Below are positions 1-12,070 of a DNA stretch of 64,000 nucleotides, in pieces. Under the pieces are notes generated by a model. It had not been told where the DNA came from. It worked only from the letters and a program-made list of their open reading frames with translations, and ran no database searches. The translations under genes were made by a program, and so were the position numbers. Source of the stretch: Octopus bimaculoides (lineage: Eukaryota); assembly GCF_001194135.2 (NCBI RefSeq), contig NC_068984.1, positions 98,612,195 through 98,676,194 of the forward strand. Reading direction: 5' to 3'. Every line of letters begins with the position of its first letter. Within the stretch, counting starts at the first letter, position 1.

Positions 1-269
1 AGATAAAAAAGACTTCTTATTTGTATAACTCCTTCAGTAACTACTCTGCCATCTACCTGCTCTCCTTCTTCTCTACCTCTGTGATACTTTCTGCCTTGCT
101 CTGTTTAGCATATAGCTTTCCTTTACTCATTGCCCATCACTCAGTCTAGTATTTGCACTCATCATCTACCTCTCATGTTCATCTTCCCTGTATTTCCCTT
201 TTATTCTCTCTTCCTCTACTCTATATGATGTAAAACAACCAATGTTTATCTATATTTGATATAGTGAAT

Positions 270-480
270 ATATATATTCTTTTATTCTTTTACCTGTTTC
301 AGTAATTTGACTGCAGTCATGCTGGAGCACTACCTTGAAGGGTTCTAGTCTAACAAATTGACCCCAGGACTTATTTCTTAAGCCTAGTACTTATTTTATT
401 GGTCTCTTTTGCTGAACTGGGATGTAAAAACACCAACACTGGTTGTCAAGTGGTGATGGCAGGACAATGCACAGACACAT
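270..480 (-). mobile_element. 3' half of the dominant tRNA-derived SINE family
   Basis: Reverse complement of the tail seen in the full copies at 3611-4003 and 46082-46475 (..gtactaggctt..aataagtcctggggtc..gctccagcatg..gcagtcaaat.actgaaacag). Confidence 0.8.
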
Positions 481-507
481 GCACATAAACATATATCTAG
501 ATATAAG

Positions 508-665
508 ACGTGCCTGTGTGGTAAGAAACTTGCTTCCCAACCACATGGTTTTTCGGGTTCAGTCCCACTGCATGGCACCTTGGGCAAGTGTCTTCTACTA
601 TAGCTTCAGGCTGATCAAAGCCTTGTGAGTGAATTTAGTAGATGGAAACTGAAAGAAGCCTGTCA
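508..665 (+). mobile_element. 5' head of tRNA-derived SINE, truncated by (TA)n and a gap
   Basis: gcctgtgtggtaagaaacttgcttcccaaccacatggttttcgggttcagtcccactg: A-box/B-box-like head shared with many in-window copies. Confidence 0.8.
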
Positions 666-1544
666 TATATATATATATATATANNNNNNNNNNNNNNNNN
701 NNNNNNNNNNNNNNNNNNNNNNNNNNNNNNNNNNNNNNNNNNNNNNNNNNNNNNNNNNNNNNNNNNNNNNNNNNNNNNNNNNNNNNNNNNNNNNNNNNNN
801 NNNNNNNNNNNNNNNNNNNNNNNNNNNNNNNNNNNNNNNNNNNNNNNNNNNNNNNNNNNNNNNNNNNNNNNNNNNNNNNNNNNNNNNNNNNNNNNNNNNN
901 NNNNNNNNNNNNNNNNNNNNNNNNNNNNNNNNNNNNNNNNNNNNNNNNNNNNNNNNNNNNNNNNNNNNNNNNNNNNNNNNNNNNNNNNNNNNNNNNNNNN
1001 NNNNNNNNNNNNNNNNNNNNNNNNNNNNNNNNNNNNNNNNNNNNNNNNNNNNNNNNNNNNNNNNNNNNNNNNNNNNNNNNNNNNNNNNNNNNNNNNNNNN
1101 NNNNNNNNNNNNNNNNNNNNNNNNNNNNNNNNNNNNNNNNNNNNNNNNNNNNNNNNNNNNNNNNNNNNNNNNNNNNNNNNNNNNNNNNNNNNNNNNNNNN
1201 NNNNNNNNNNNNNNNNNNNNNNNNNNNNNNNNNNNNNNNNNNNNNNNNNNNNNNNNNNNNNNNNNNNNNNNNNNNNNNNNNNNNNNNNNNNNNNNNNNNN
1301 NNNNNNNNNNNNNNNNNNNNNNNNNNNNNNNNNNNNNNNNNNNNNNNNNNNNNNNNNNNNNNNNNNNNNNNNNNNNNNNNNNNNNNNNNNNNNNNNNNNN
1401 NNNNNNNNNNNNNNNNNNNNNNNNNNNNNNNNNNNNNNNNNNNNNNNNNNNNNNNNNNNNNNNNNNNNNNNNNNNNNNNNNNNNNNNNNNNNNNNNNNNN
1501 NNNNNNNNNNNNNNNNNNNNNNNNNNNNNNNNNNNNNNNNNNNG

Positions 1545-1900
1545 CTACCCTATGATTTATTAATAATGATAAAATATTTTTTGGCTAATTTCTGAAAGAA
1601 AATCAGCATTTTTTGTATTTGCTGCCGATAAGGTAAACCGCACATGCACAGTAAATTTTGAAAAATTAAGCATATAAGCATAAGTCATGTTTCCTATGTA
1701 GTGACTCGTGTTTATATGTTCTATCTAGGTATTCCGCTGAAGATAGCTGACCTGGCAAAATATTTTTTTTATTTTGCTAAAATAGCTTGAAACCATGGTA
1801 CGGAAAATAGATTGGTAAATGTTTTTATTTCTCATTCCCTTTCGAAATTATCCCTATTTTTGTGGTATAGAGTTTTTTGCTGCTCTTTCTAGCAGGTTAG
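1545..1900 (+). mobile_element. Putative Penelope-like pseudo-LTR or retrozyme fragment carrying an HHR (5' part lost in the gap)
   Basis: Non-microsatellite island between an N-gap and a SINE that contains an intact HHR at 1732-1805. The PLE assignment is inferred from the HHR type. Confidence 0.45.
1732..1805 (+). ncRNA. Type I hammerhead ribozyme, all core motifs present
   Basis: Stem I TTCCG(1732-36)/CGGAA(1801-05); CTGAAGA 1737-43; T; stem II AGCT(1745-48)/AGCT(1784-87) with distal hairpin GCAAAATA(1755-62)/TATTTTGC(1770-77); T; GAA 1789-91; palindromic stem III ACCATGGT 1792-99; predicted GUA cleavage after 1800. Confidence 0.85.
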
Positions 1901-1959
1901 ATGTCCTATTATAGGCATCTCTGTATTTTAAATATATATGTATGTATTTATGTATATAT

Positions 1960-2155
1960 TTGTGTGTCTGTGTTTGTTCCCCCTTACCATCGATTGATAA
2001 CCGATGTTGGTATGCTTACGTCCTGGAAATTTAGTGGTTTGGTAAAAGAGACTGATAGAATAAGTACTAGGCTTACAAAGAATAAGTCCCTAGGTCGATT
2101 TGTTCGACTAAAGGCAGTGTTCCAGTATAGATGCAGTCAAATGACTGAACCAAGA
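1960..2155 (+). mobile_element. 3' half of tRNA-derived SINE
   Basis: tgtgtctgtgtttgttccccc..gatagaataagtactaggcttacaaagaataagtcc..gcagtcaaatgactgaac matches other copies. Confidence 0.8.
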
Positions 2156-2195
2156 AGAAAAAAAAAAAATATATATATATATATCTATATATCTA

Positions 2196-2280
<85 letters not shown>

Positions 2281-2362
2281 NNNNNNNNNNNNNNNNNNNN
2301 NNNNNNNNNNNNNNNNNNNNNNNNNNNATATATATATGCACATACACACACGCACACACAAT

Positions 2363-3520
2363 ATTGGTTTGAAAAGTTCATAAGCTGACTATGAGTGAGT
2401 GATGCTAGAGTTGTGAAATCTTGCATGCATTAATTTAAACCCTTCTTATTAACAACTACATTGTTTCTGTTCAACTAAACTGGCATCTGACTGTTCAGAG
2501 ACTTCAAAAGTAACTGGTAGCAACTTCTCTTGAAAACAGACAAAAATTGGTATTGTGGTGTTATCAAATACGTGCACAAAATGGCCTTAGACTCCAACGA
2601 CAGTCATGTTGATCTGGTTGCTACATTAGGGGATGATGTTACAGCTTTATCAACAATGCAGAAGTGGGTAGCTGAATTTAAGTGGGGAATGGATAGTCTT
2701 GAAGATGACCCATTATCTGGATGTCCTGCAACTGCCACTGCTGGGGAAAACATTTATTGTATTCAGCACATGGTGATGGATGACAAGCAATTGACTATAA
2801 ATCTAATAGCCAGTGCTATGAGCATATTGTTTGAGAGAGTTGAGAATATTCTGCACAACAAACGTGGCATGATGAAGGCTTCTGCCCAGTGGGTGCTGAA
2901 TCTTCTAACACTTGATCAAAAGTGCATCAAGCTGACCACACCATGGAAAAATCTGACATTGTTTCAAGCAGATCTAGTTGGTTTCCTTGAATGTTTCCTA
3001 AGCCAAGATGAGTGTTGGGTTCATCACTCTGAGCAAGAGACAAAGAGACAATCCATCCAGTGGATACACCTCTCCTCACCTACTTTAATGCAGTCCAAGG
3101 TTGTTTCAACTTCAAGGAAAGAGATGGCCTCAGTTTTTTGGGATGCAAGAGGCATTGTGTTTATTGACTATTGTCAAAAGTACCACACTGTCAATGAAGA
3201 GTACGATGCCAACTTGCTGAGGCAGTGAGAGGCTATCTAGACCAAACACCCAGAAAAACTGATGAAAGGAGTCTTGTTTCATTAGGACAATGATCCAGCA
3301 CACAAGCCTTTGGTTTCAATGACTGCTGTGCGGGGCTGTGGCTTTGAACTGGTTGATCACTCTCCCTATAAACCTGGTTTGGCCACATCTGACTATCATC
3401 TGTTCCACAACATGAAAAGACACATGGTTGGGAACCGATATCACAGTGATGATGACATCATATCTACTGTTGTTGATGTTTTTGAGCAACAAGATGAAAA
3501 CTTTTTCACCAATGGGATCC
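2363..3520 (+). mobile_element. Degenerate mariner (DD34D) transposon
   Basis: ORF 2530-3228 and its continuation contain SLEDDPLSGCP, WV(LN)LLT, QDECWVHH, SVFWD, DNDPAH, HSPYKPGLATSDYHLF; several stops. Confidence 0.9.
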
Positions 3521-3610
3521 ACATATATGTATATATATATTGTCATGTTTTGAATTCTAATTTATTTGTTTGCTTCACCAAATCTGTATATGTATGTGTG
3601 TAGTATATAT

Positions 3611-4003
3611 AAGGCATGGTTGTACAGTAAGAAGCTTGCTTCCGAACCACATAGTTCCAGGTTCAGTCCCACTGCATGTCACCTTAGGCAAGTGTCTTCT
3701 ACTATATCCTCTGGCCAACCAAAGCTTTGTGAGTGGATTTGGTCAATGGAAACTGAAAGAAGCCTGTTGTGTATATATATATGTGTGTGTGTCTTTGTAT
3801 CTGTGTTCATCCCCCCACCATCGCTTGTCAACTGATGTTGATGTGTTTATGTCCCTGTAACATAGTGATTCAGCAAAAGCAACTGATAGAATAAGTACTA
3901 GGCTTACAAAGAATAAGTCCTGGGGTTGATTTCTTCAACTAAAACCCTTAAAGGCAGTGCTCCAGTATGGCCGCAGTCAAATGACTGAACCAAGTAAAAG
4001 AAT
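3611..4003 (+). mobile_element. Full-length tRNA-derived SINE with internal (TA)/(TG) microsatellite
   Basis: Head (ggcatggttgtacagtaagaagcttgcttcc..ggttcagtccc), microsatellite, then tail ending aagtaaaagaatagag; collinear with 46082-46475. Confidence 0.85.
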
Positions 4004-4821
4004 AGAGAGACAGACAGACATACAGACAGATAACATGACTAATGTGAATAAATATTAGTTCAAAAAATTTCATCTCGTTTGGTGTTTTAATTCCACTCAC
4101 CTCTAGACTTTATTTTCTTTATAAGTAGACCATAATTCCTGATGATGAAAGTTCCAATTAAAACCAGCAGGCAGCCACTCTGAATATTAAACTGTTTTAT
4201 CTCAGACACTTAGTGCAAAAAGACAAAAGAAAGAAAACATTCAAAACAAACAAACAGAAAACATTACAAATGTCAGTGAAAAAGATTTGTGTTCTTTTCC
4301 CCAAGAATGAGCATGGTTCTGAAGTTCTGAAAACAGAACTTTCATTTCTAATAGGAATAAAAGGTTGTTATTTAACAATAAAAAAGAAAGAAAACTGGAA
4401 GCAGAATTAATATCATCTTTATATATTTGAATGTATAAAGTTCAACCAGAAAATGTTGAAACTTTTAAAAAATTTGTTTATTTTTGAAAAACTTTTTGGA
4501 TTTTTTAAAATTCTATTTTACATTCCAGTTGTAGGCAGTGTTGTCTTAAACAACAATAATCCTTTTTTTTTTAAGACTTACCAAAGATATATAATCCCAT
4601 CTGAGCTTGGAAAGATTTTGTAATAAAAGACACTTAGCTCTTTGTAATATCTTATCCTAAAGAGAATCTTGGGAAATTAAAATCCCTGAAAATTTTGAGA
4701 AGAAAAAATATTTACACACACGCACATACATACATTCATACATTCATACATACATACATACATACACATATATAAATATATATACATATATAAGATAATA
4801 TAATATAAAATAACATATCTA

Positions 4822-4863
<42 letters not shown>

Positions 4864-4885
4864 NNNNNNNNNNCACATATGTGTC

Positions 4886-4944
<59 letters not shown>

Positions 4945-6112
4945 AGATTTTAACAAAGAAAAATATTTGCTGTTCTTGCTTTCTTTCTTCTTTCTTTCTG
5001 CCTATAATTCCTCCATTTTTCGTCTTTCATTCTGTCTGCTTTTCTTTCATCTTCATTTCAATCTTCTTTTCTTTCTTCTTCTCCTCCTTTCTCCCCATTC
5101 ATTTTATTTTTGGTGAATTCCTAAATAAATCTATTTTATAGCAATAAAACCAGAATAAAAATGTGAAGAAATTAAGTATCTGGAGAATTATTCTTGTGTG
5201 TATGAATGCATATGTATATGAGTGCATTTGCACACATGTGTATGTATGTCTGTATATGAGTGTTTATTTCTATGTATATTTGAGAATGTTTGCATGTCTA
5301 CAAGTATACATCTGTGTATATCTGTGTGTGAAATATATGTTTGTGTTGCTGATTGTGTGTCTCTGAATCTGTCTGTGAGTATGCATGAATGTGTTTTGCA
5401 AGGGGTTGCAAATGTGTGTCTGCAAGTGTGTGTATGTGTGAGTGCCATTCACAAAAGAATGTTGAAATAACATAAATTATATGGATGTTTGGAAATGAAA
5501 GTTTGATTGGTTGTTAGTTAGTCAGCTGTTAAACTATCCAATAGATATATTTTCCCTATTCCACTTGGGTTAACATCCAACTGAGGATCTGAAGAAAGAA
5601 AAGAGAATCTTGTTTCACCAATAATTTTGTTACAAGACATTTAGAAAAGTCTTTTAAGTTGTAAATTATATTTTATTCTAAGGAATGTTTTGTTAATATC
5701 TCTTTGAAAGAGTGTCAGTGATAATGTTGTATAGTGATGTTTTGTGGTGCTGCCGTGTGGTTGATGTTGTGTGGTATAGCATGCTGGTGTTGTTGGATTG
5801 TGTTGTGTAGTTTTGTGTGCTGGTGTTATATGGCGTTTTGAGGTAGTGTTATGTGGTAACAGCCTAGTGCTTGTTGCAGTCATCCCCACTTCCCACTGTC
5901 ACATCCTGGACATTTAGCTGGGTTAATGTGATTACTTGGGCACCTAGGGTCATTGATGAAAGCTTGGCACATGCCAATACCCAATCATAATCCTATAGCC
6001 CTATTGTATTAAATTGAATACCCTGATTTGCATAAATGATGCATTTTTACTGGCCTGTTCATTGACTAAACTAATTATATAGTAGCAGTATTTGTATTTG
6101 GTGCTATGATAG

Positions 6113-6445
6113 TGTAGTAACGCCGTGCGCATGCGTAGTCTCACGCATGCGCGGAATTCAACAAGCAAGCGTTCCCGCTTCTATTCTGTCTCTTTCTTGC
6201 TGGCCAGCGATTGAGCATGGACGTGTTTAGCTGTCTCTCTCCATCTTTCGGACTTACGCTCGACAGCTCGCTTACATCTACATACCAACGTCCCAACAAC
6301 AATGCTCACACACACAGAAGCTGTAACAACAAACAAGAGCTAAAGATGTATATATTTACCACCTGAATAAATGTTGTTTAAGTTGATAGTCTGGAGTTCA
6401 GCGTTCCGTTATATTCTAATTTTATATAGGAAAGTCAGGTATACA
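6113..6445 (+). mobile_element. CpG-rich island, possible solo LTR
   Basis: Starts TGTAGTAA, CpG-rich in an AT-rich context, AATAAA at 6366-71, possible TATACA end at 6445. No target-site duplication confirmed. Confidence 0.4.
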
Positions 6446-6982
6446 TCTAATGATGTATAACCCACTTTCCTATAATAGTATTAGAATAAACCTATGTTGT
6501 ATTTGGACCATGATAGATATTCCTGGCTGAATCATTTATTAATTGCCTCAAAGGCCGTCCTTTAATTATAGTTAGTTCTATAATTGCTGTTAATTTTTTG
6601 TTAATAATTTATTCTTTAATTTTATTGACTCTGAAAATTGAGTTCAATGGCATTTATGTTCTGGTTCAAATCTCATGGATGTCATCTTTAATTGAACTTG
6701 ATAAAATAAAGTACCAGTGAAGTGTTAGGCTCAATGTAATTGGCATTTACCTTCTCCACCCAGCAAAAACATTGATTGTCTTATGGATAAAATGTATTTC
6801 TTCCAGCTCTTTGCATCCTGAATTCAAATCTTGCTGAAGTTAACTTCCCCTTTAATCCTTTCCAGGTTGATGAAATAAAGTACCAATTATGTATACTGGG
6901 GTTTATAATATCAACTAACAACATCCTCTTAAAACTGCTGATGTTGTGCTTAAATCAGAAACCATTATTATTATGTTATTAT

Positions 6983-7513
6983 TGAGTGAGAGAGAAGTGT
7001 ATGCCATCAAAGTGACACTGGGATAAAATATACAAAGCCCAGTATACCCATCATGACTACCCGTCTGATAATGGTACACAAGGTACATGGATCACAACCA
7101 TATGTGCATGACATGGTGATCTCATATCAAAATTAACAGTGCATGACCTGGGGCCCAGTTAAAATTTTCTTCAGGCTGAATAGCCCATCCTGCTCAAAAG
7201 GTCCCTGAATAAGGGTTGTTTAAGGATGTTGAATGAAACACCCAGGTTTCCAGAGGTGAATTATCCAAACCCCAAAGAATTCCTCTCAACACATGGCTAT
7301 GATGCTCCCCCACTACTTCTGCTCATGATCAGAGATGCACATATTGTCAGCCAGTAAGGGACATGCTCAACTGGTTATGGTCAAACAACTGACAAGCAAA
7401 TCTGTGGTATAGCTGTAGCCCATCTTTTATACCAAGACAAAACAATGTACATGATAACACTTCCAATCAATTAAGATCAGAAGCCATGAGAGCCATGGTA
7501 CTGCATCAGGGCA
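6983..7513. repeat. About 530-bp interspersed-repeat-like unit of unknown class embedded in (TTA)n
   Basis: GC-richer block bounded by TG..CA with attatt tracts on both sides; single copy in this window. Confidence 0.35.
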
Positions 7514-7639
7514 TATTATTATTTTGTCTATTATGAAAGACTCTTGGATAGTTCTTAATTACCTGTTATTCTTTACTTGAAAGCAGGCAATAATAAATCA
7601 CTAAAGGTTTCAATAATAAATCACTAAAGGTTTCTCTTG

Positions 7640-8347
7640 TGACTCAAAGAGACAATACTCTCCTTAGAATGCGAGCTGTACCAAACAATACAGTCTTCTG
7701 GATCACCTCGAGCCTGACAGCAACTCCAATGTTCTTAATATGTTTTTCAAAGCCCTTGGAAACTGCTCCTAATGCTCCAATTACCACTGATATTACTTTC
7801 CTTATACCCCATAACTTTCCTATCTCATCCCACAGTGGTTGGTATTTCTCACTCTTGTCTGTTTCCTTACATTTCACCCTTGATTTGCCTGGCATTGCAA
7901 TATCTTTTATCTTTACTTCTTTTTCATCTTTATGGATGAGCATGATATCTGGTTGTCTTGCCTCTATGACTTGATTGCACTGCATGTTAAAATCCCAGAG
8001 TATTTTGTAATGTTTATTTTCCATTACTCCCTCTGGCTTGTGTTCATACCATTGTTCAGCTCTCTTGAGGTTTGCTTTGCCACACAACAGCCAGTGGACA
8101 TATCTGACCACATTGTCGTGTCTCCTTTTGTATTCACATTGTGCAAACTTACAGCACTCACTAACAATGTGGCTTATACTTTCTCCCTTCTCAGAGCACA
8201 TCCCACATTGTGATGAGTCAGTGCTTTTATCAATGTGATATTTGGAGTAGTTTGTTCAGAGAGATTGTTCTTGAGTGCTGCTCACTAATGCCTCAAAGGG
8301 CCCTTTTAAGCCTCCTTTCTGCAGAAATGGCCAGGTTCTATTCCAAT
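7640..8347 (-). mobile_element. 3' end of an R4/Dong-like non-LTR retrotransposon (CCHC knuckle plus restriction-like endonuclease)
   Basis: Minus ORF 7644-8201: C..ESISHIVSEC..AQCEYKRRHD, ILWDF, EARQPDIMLI, DIAMP, EKY..L, VVIGALG. The 5' part runs into a gap. Confidence 0.9.
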
Positions 8348-9162
8348 NNNNNNNNNNNNNNNNNNNNNNNNNNNNNNNNNNNNNNNNNNNNNNNNNNNNN
8401 NNNNNNNNNNNNNNNNNNNNNNNNNNNNNNNNNNNNNNNNNNNNNNNNNNNNNNNNNNNNNNNNNNNNNNNNNNNNNNNNNNNNNNNNNNNNNNNNNNNN
8501 NNNNNNNNNNNNNNNNNNNNNNNNNNNNNNNNNNNNNNNNNNNNNNNNNNNNNNNNNNNNNNNNNNNNNNNNNNNNNNNNNNNNNNNNNNNNNNNNNNNN
8601 NNNNNNNNNNNNNNNNNNNNNNNNNNNNNNNNNNNNNNNNNNNNNNNNNNNNNNNNNNNNNNNNNNNNNNNNNNNNNNNNNNNNNNNNNNNNNNNNNNNN
8701 NNNNNNNNNNNNNNNNNNNNNNNNNNNNNNNNNNNNNNNNNNNNNNNNNNNNNNNNNNNNNNNNNNNNNNNNNNNNNNNNNNNNNNNNNNNNNNNNNNNN
8801 NNNNNNNNNNNNNNNNNNNNNNNNNNNNNNNNNNNNNNNNNNNNNNNNNNNNNNNNNNNNNNNNNNNNNNNNNNNNNNNNNNNNNNNNNNNNNNNNNNNN
8901 NNNNNNNNNNNNNNNNNNNNNNNNNNNNNNNNNNNNNNNNNNNNNNNNNNNNNNNNNNNNNNNNNNNNNNNNNNNNNNNNNNNNNNNNNNNNNNNNNNNN
9001 NNNNNNNNNNNNNNNNNNNNNNNNNNNNNNNNNNNNNNNNNNNNNNNNNNNNNNNNNNNNNNNNNNNNNNNNNNNNNNNNNNNNNNNNNNNNNNNNNNNN
9101 NNNNAGCGTATTTAATCTCCATACCTTCGTTTTATTTGCTTTTTTCATTTTAAATTTGCTTT

Positions 9163-9199
9163 AACCCTAACCCTAACCCTAACCCTAGGGTTAGGGTTA
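9163..9199. repeat. Interstitial telomeric-type repeat (CCCTAA)n followed by (TTAGGG)n
   Basis: aaccctaaccctaaccctaaccctagggttagggtta; perfect 26-bp palindrome at 9174-9199. Confidence 0.85.
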
Positions 9200-9859
9200 A
9201 TTGTTTCAGAATCGTTTGTTTATGTAGTCGGCACTTAATGTATATTGGCTGAATGGACGTCAGTGATTGGTTGAAATTACAGAAATACGACAGCTTTAAC
9301 ATGGAATAACTTATGGATTTCTTTTTTTTTTAAGAAGACTAAGAGAAAAAGATGTTTTATATGACACATTCTACCAGTGTTCCAAGTTTCAAAGTGTTTC
9401 GTTAATGAAAAATGTGGGCCCCCGTTTTAAAAAAGATCCCAGAAATGTAATTTTCACTGACACAATTTTGAGGACAAAATTAATAACGAATCCAAAAGCA
9501 TCAGTGATAAAATTGGACAGTGATAAAATTAACTGTAAAGAACCAAGATGTAATATGACAGAGAAAAGCGACTCAATGGAGAACACATAATCACTCGATA
9601 GTCGAATAGACAACAAAAATGTAACTGCCAACTCCTCAAACATAAATAAGGTGGAAAATACCATGATAACTGATATCAACACAGAAAATAACAACTTCAA
9701 CAATATGGAACAGAGAAGCATAACAGAAAACAATAACAGAATGAATAACGACAACAAAAACATTGATGAGAACACAACCAATACCAACGTCAAGACCAGC
9801 AACAGAGGGGAGGGGTGTATTTGGGAGTAACAATAGCCGTGACAATGTGAACGATTCCA

Positions 9860-10400
9860 CCACCACCATCAACAGTGAGAGTGGAACAAGTAGTTTTGCA
9901 GCAGCAGTTGTGAAGTGCTAACAAAATTAGTATGAGACAGACATCTCCAACAATGTCCCTGTGGAAGGGACAGGTCTCACTTGTCAGATGGTCCATTTGC
10001 TGTCAGCCCCCATTACGTGGAGAACTGAGCAGGCCGTGGCCGATGATGCACAGACATGCGCTTAGGATGTAGCACCTCCAGCGATACCATTAACAGTGAG
10101 CAGGTATGGTCGCTGTTTGTTGGACGCACTTTTCTGCAACTCATCTCCTTGATGGAGCTACAGTCCTGGATCAGGCATAGACCGAGGCAGGGTACTTGGC
10201 CCCTAGAGTGTCTCCAAGTGCTCACAGCACTCAACCAATCGAGAAATGTGGTTGGTAGAAGTTCCACCTTGGAGTTCTATTGGGCAGGATTGGAGGGCTA
10301 GAGTGACGACGTTCTTGGAGAGGTTCTGGGCATCGGAGGGGATCAACTGGCTGGTCTCTTCTGGAGGACTTTTGGACCAGGACCTATAGATAACTTCCAG
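9860..10400 (+). mobile_element. Possible decayed L1/Tx1-like ORF1 fragment
   Basis: GC-rich block with broken frames reading SGTSSFAAAVVK, TVSRYGRCLLD, EVPPWSSIG; resemblance judged by eye only. Confidence 0.3.
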
Positions 10401-10439
10401 AGATCTCTGTCCTGGCAGTGCTACCAGGAAGTGGGGAGC

Positions 10440-12070
10440 TCTGCCTGTTTGTGATTAGCTCTACTGGCACAGGTGTGATTTCACTCAGCTTGATGGCTCT
10501 TCTTGAGCATGGTAGATTGCCAAAGGTCTCAGTCACTAGTCATTGCCTCTGTGAGGCCCAATGTTCAAAGATCATGCTTCCCCACCTCATCCCATGTCTT
10601 CCTGGGTTTCCCTCTTCCACAGCTTCCCTCCACTGTTAGAGATTGGCACTTGTTCACACAGCTGTCCACATCCATACACACCACATGACCATGCATGAAG
10701 AGCAATGAAACCATTCTGCATGTTCTCGTACAGCATCTGTGCATTGTTGACTTGTGGAGATTTGTCATACAGAACTGTTCACACACATGTAGCAGGCATT
10801 ATACAATCATCATACAGTTTGCCTTTCACTCTGAGGGAGAGGCCCTTGGTTGCCAGTAGCGGTAGAAGCTTTTTGAACTTTGCCCAGCCTGTTCTTATTC
10901 TCACAGCTACACTCTCAGTGTACCCACCTCCACTACTAACTTGGTCACCTAGGTAACAGAAGCTACCTACTACCTCTAGCTTATCCCACTGGCAGTTGAT
11001 GGAGTCTATTTTCTGTACATTTTCGGCATTTATTGTACCTGTGCATCTTTCACACACAAAAGCTATTTTCCCTGTTAACCATCCTCTGACATTGCTGCAC
11101 CTCTTATGTGTCCATATTTAACACCGGGTACATCTTATAGAGTTCCTACTTATGCCTTTTCTACAGATTAAGCAGAGCCATCTACCTGAAGGGATTCATG
11201 ATTTGTCTGCCTTCCTACTTACTAAGACTTAGGTTTTTGCTTGGTTAACTCTAAGGCCCTTTGATTCTAAGCCTTGCTTCCATAACTGAAACTTCTTCTC
11301 TAGTTCTGGTACTGATTCCACTATAAGAACAAGATCATCAGCATAGAGGAGCTCCCAAGGGCAGCCTGTCTTAAATTCCTCTGTTATTGCCTGGAGGACT
11401 ATGATGAACAGGAGGGGGCTGAGGGCCGATCCTTGTTGAACTCCTACTTGTACCCTGAATTCTTTGCTGTACTCATTGCCAACTCTTACTGATAGCATCC
11501 CTGTACATGGCTTGTACAGCTCTCACCAACCACTCACCTATCATCAGATAAGGGATCAGGAGACACTGTCAAAGGCTTTCTCCAAGTCAACAAAAACCAA
11601 GTACAGAAGTTTATCTTTGGCTATGTATTTCTCCTGCAGTTGCCTTACCAGTGCTTCTATCTGGCACAAAACAAAACTGCATCTCATCTAGACTAACTTT
11701 CTTCCTAATTAATTGGGCTATGACCCTCTCTGTAACTTTCTTCACGTGATCCAACAATTTGATACTTCTGTAATTATTTCTATCTAAGGCATCACTTTTA
11801 CCTTTGTAGCAGTTGACTATGGTGCTGCTACACCAGGCATTGGGTATGACACCTTCATGAACCACCTGATTTATAATACGGGTGACTAGACCATCACCTA
11901 CACTGCCAGATATTTTAAGCATCTCAGCGGAGATTCCTGATGGGCTGGGGGCTTTCTATCCTTCATATCCTTAATTGCTTTATCTACCAAGGTACTGTCA
12001 ATTTGGATAGTTAGTGCCTCAACTGGGTCAACATTTTTGGCAGATCTTCCTCCTCCCATTCATTCTCCAC
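10440..12070 (-). mobile_element. 5'-truncated RTE-clade LINE (RT domain and C-terminus), degenerate
   Basis: Minus frames: YKGKSDALDRNNYRSIKLLD, GVQQGSALSPLLF, LLYADDLVL, FCYLGD, RIRTGWAKF, GRGKPRKTWDEV. Confidence 0.92.

Noticed and set aside
4139-4180. CTGATGA..AAAAC HHR-like string
   Set aside because: G12 is missing and no stems can be paired; at most an old PLE-terminus remnant.
7290-7513. Short matches to U1 (GTAGTGGGGGA) and U2 (TGCAGTACC) snRNA on the minus strand
   Set aside because: Only 9-11 nt; no Sm site or remaining snRNA structure.
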